In this document: one piece after another, positions 63,540 to 64,000 of the stretch
Position numbering within the stretch: the stretch's first letter is position 1
Layout of the letters: each line of letters begins with the position of its first letter
Assembly (NCBI GenBank): GCA_013265495.1
Contig: MU059126.1
Location: 9,352,349-9,416,348, forward strand
Length of the DNA: 64,000 nucleotides
From: Vicugna vicugna
Lineage: Eukaryota
Direction: 5' to 3'
Program-made: the position numbers and the translations under genes
Notes under the pieces: generated by a model
Told to the model about the DNA's origin: nothing
The model's database searches: none
Seen by the model: only the letters and a program-made list of their open reading frames with translations

Positions 63540-63800
63540 CATATGGAGTGGTAGAGATTCTGTCTACACACAGTGGTTAGGGAGTGTTCTTCTGAAGTCA
63601 AGAATGAAATGAAGAAGCAAGCCCTGGGAAAATGTGGGGGAAGACCATTCTAGACTGAGGAAACAGCAATGGCAAAGGCCCAGTGGTAGGAGCATGTTGG
63701 GGTGTTTTAGGAAGGACCAGGCTGATAACTAAAGTGTAGCAACTGAACAAGTAAGAATGAAGCTAGAGAAGGTGGCAGAGTTTAGGTTGTCAAGGGCAAC
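63540..63800 (-). mobile_element. L2 fragment
   Basis: ggaagaccattctagactgaggaaacagcaatggcaaaggcccagtggtaggagcatgttgg. Confidence 0.6.
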
Positions 63801-63804
63801 ACAA

Positions 63805-64000
63805 GCCAATAATAATAATGTGAACCACATAAGCGATTTAAAAATTTATACTAGCCACGTTAAAAAAGAATAAAAAGAAATAGTTGAAGTCAATTTTAAT
63901 GTATTTTATTTAACCCAGTATATCTAAAACATTATCATTTGGACATGTAATTAGTATTCGGACATGTAATTAGAAAGTCTGGGATATTTTACTTTTTTTT
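63805..64000 (+). mobile_element. MER33-like hAT element (runs off the window end)
   Basis: aatgtgaaccacataagcgatttaaaaatttt...tattttatttaacccagtatatctaaaacattatcattt. Confidence 0.75.

Noticed and set aside
1-64000. CRISPR arrays, operons or other prokaryote-type systems
   Set aside because: None seen; intron-exon structure and repeat content show the window is mammalian.

Overview
Mammalian genomic DNA, most likely a camelid (camel or alpaca), judged from four tRNA-Ala-derived Vic-1-like SINEs. One protein-coding gene is present: KBTBD8, a BTB-BACK-Kelch CUL3 adaptor, on the minus strand. It has four coding exons (15027-15042, 14205-14415, 9404-10518, 6219-6682; 1806 nt, 601 aa), a CpG-island promoter near 14.5-15.4 kb and a probable 3' UTR of about 2.8 kb. 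The remaining ~49 kb upstream is intergenic and dominated by transposon relics: old L1M, L2, MIR, MER20/MER3/MER53/MER33, MLT1 and MER21, plus younger SINEs, L1 3' ends and solo LTRs. I found no evidence for a new multi-gene system. The most notable observations are a very CpG-rich, apparently young LTR-like element with unresolved ends (31.6-32.0 kb), a tailless tRNA-Gly(TCC) 5'-half retrocopy with a perfect 16-bp TSD (39.7 kb), two short L1 3' ends inserted serially at one target, a twin-primed inverted L1, a 5-codon uORF before KBTBD8, and N-gaps that fall in exons and keep their exact expected length. Repeat subfamily names and comparisons to human come from memory and need RepeatMasker/BLAST confirmation.
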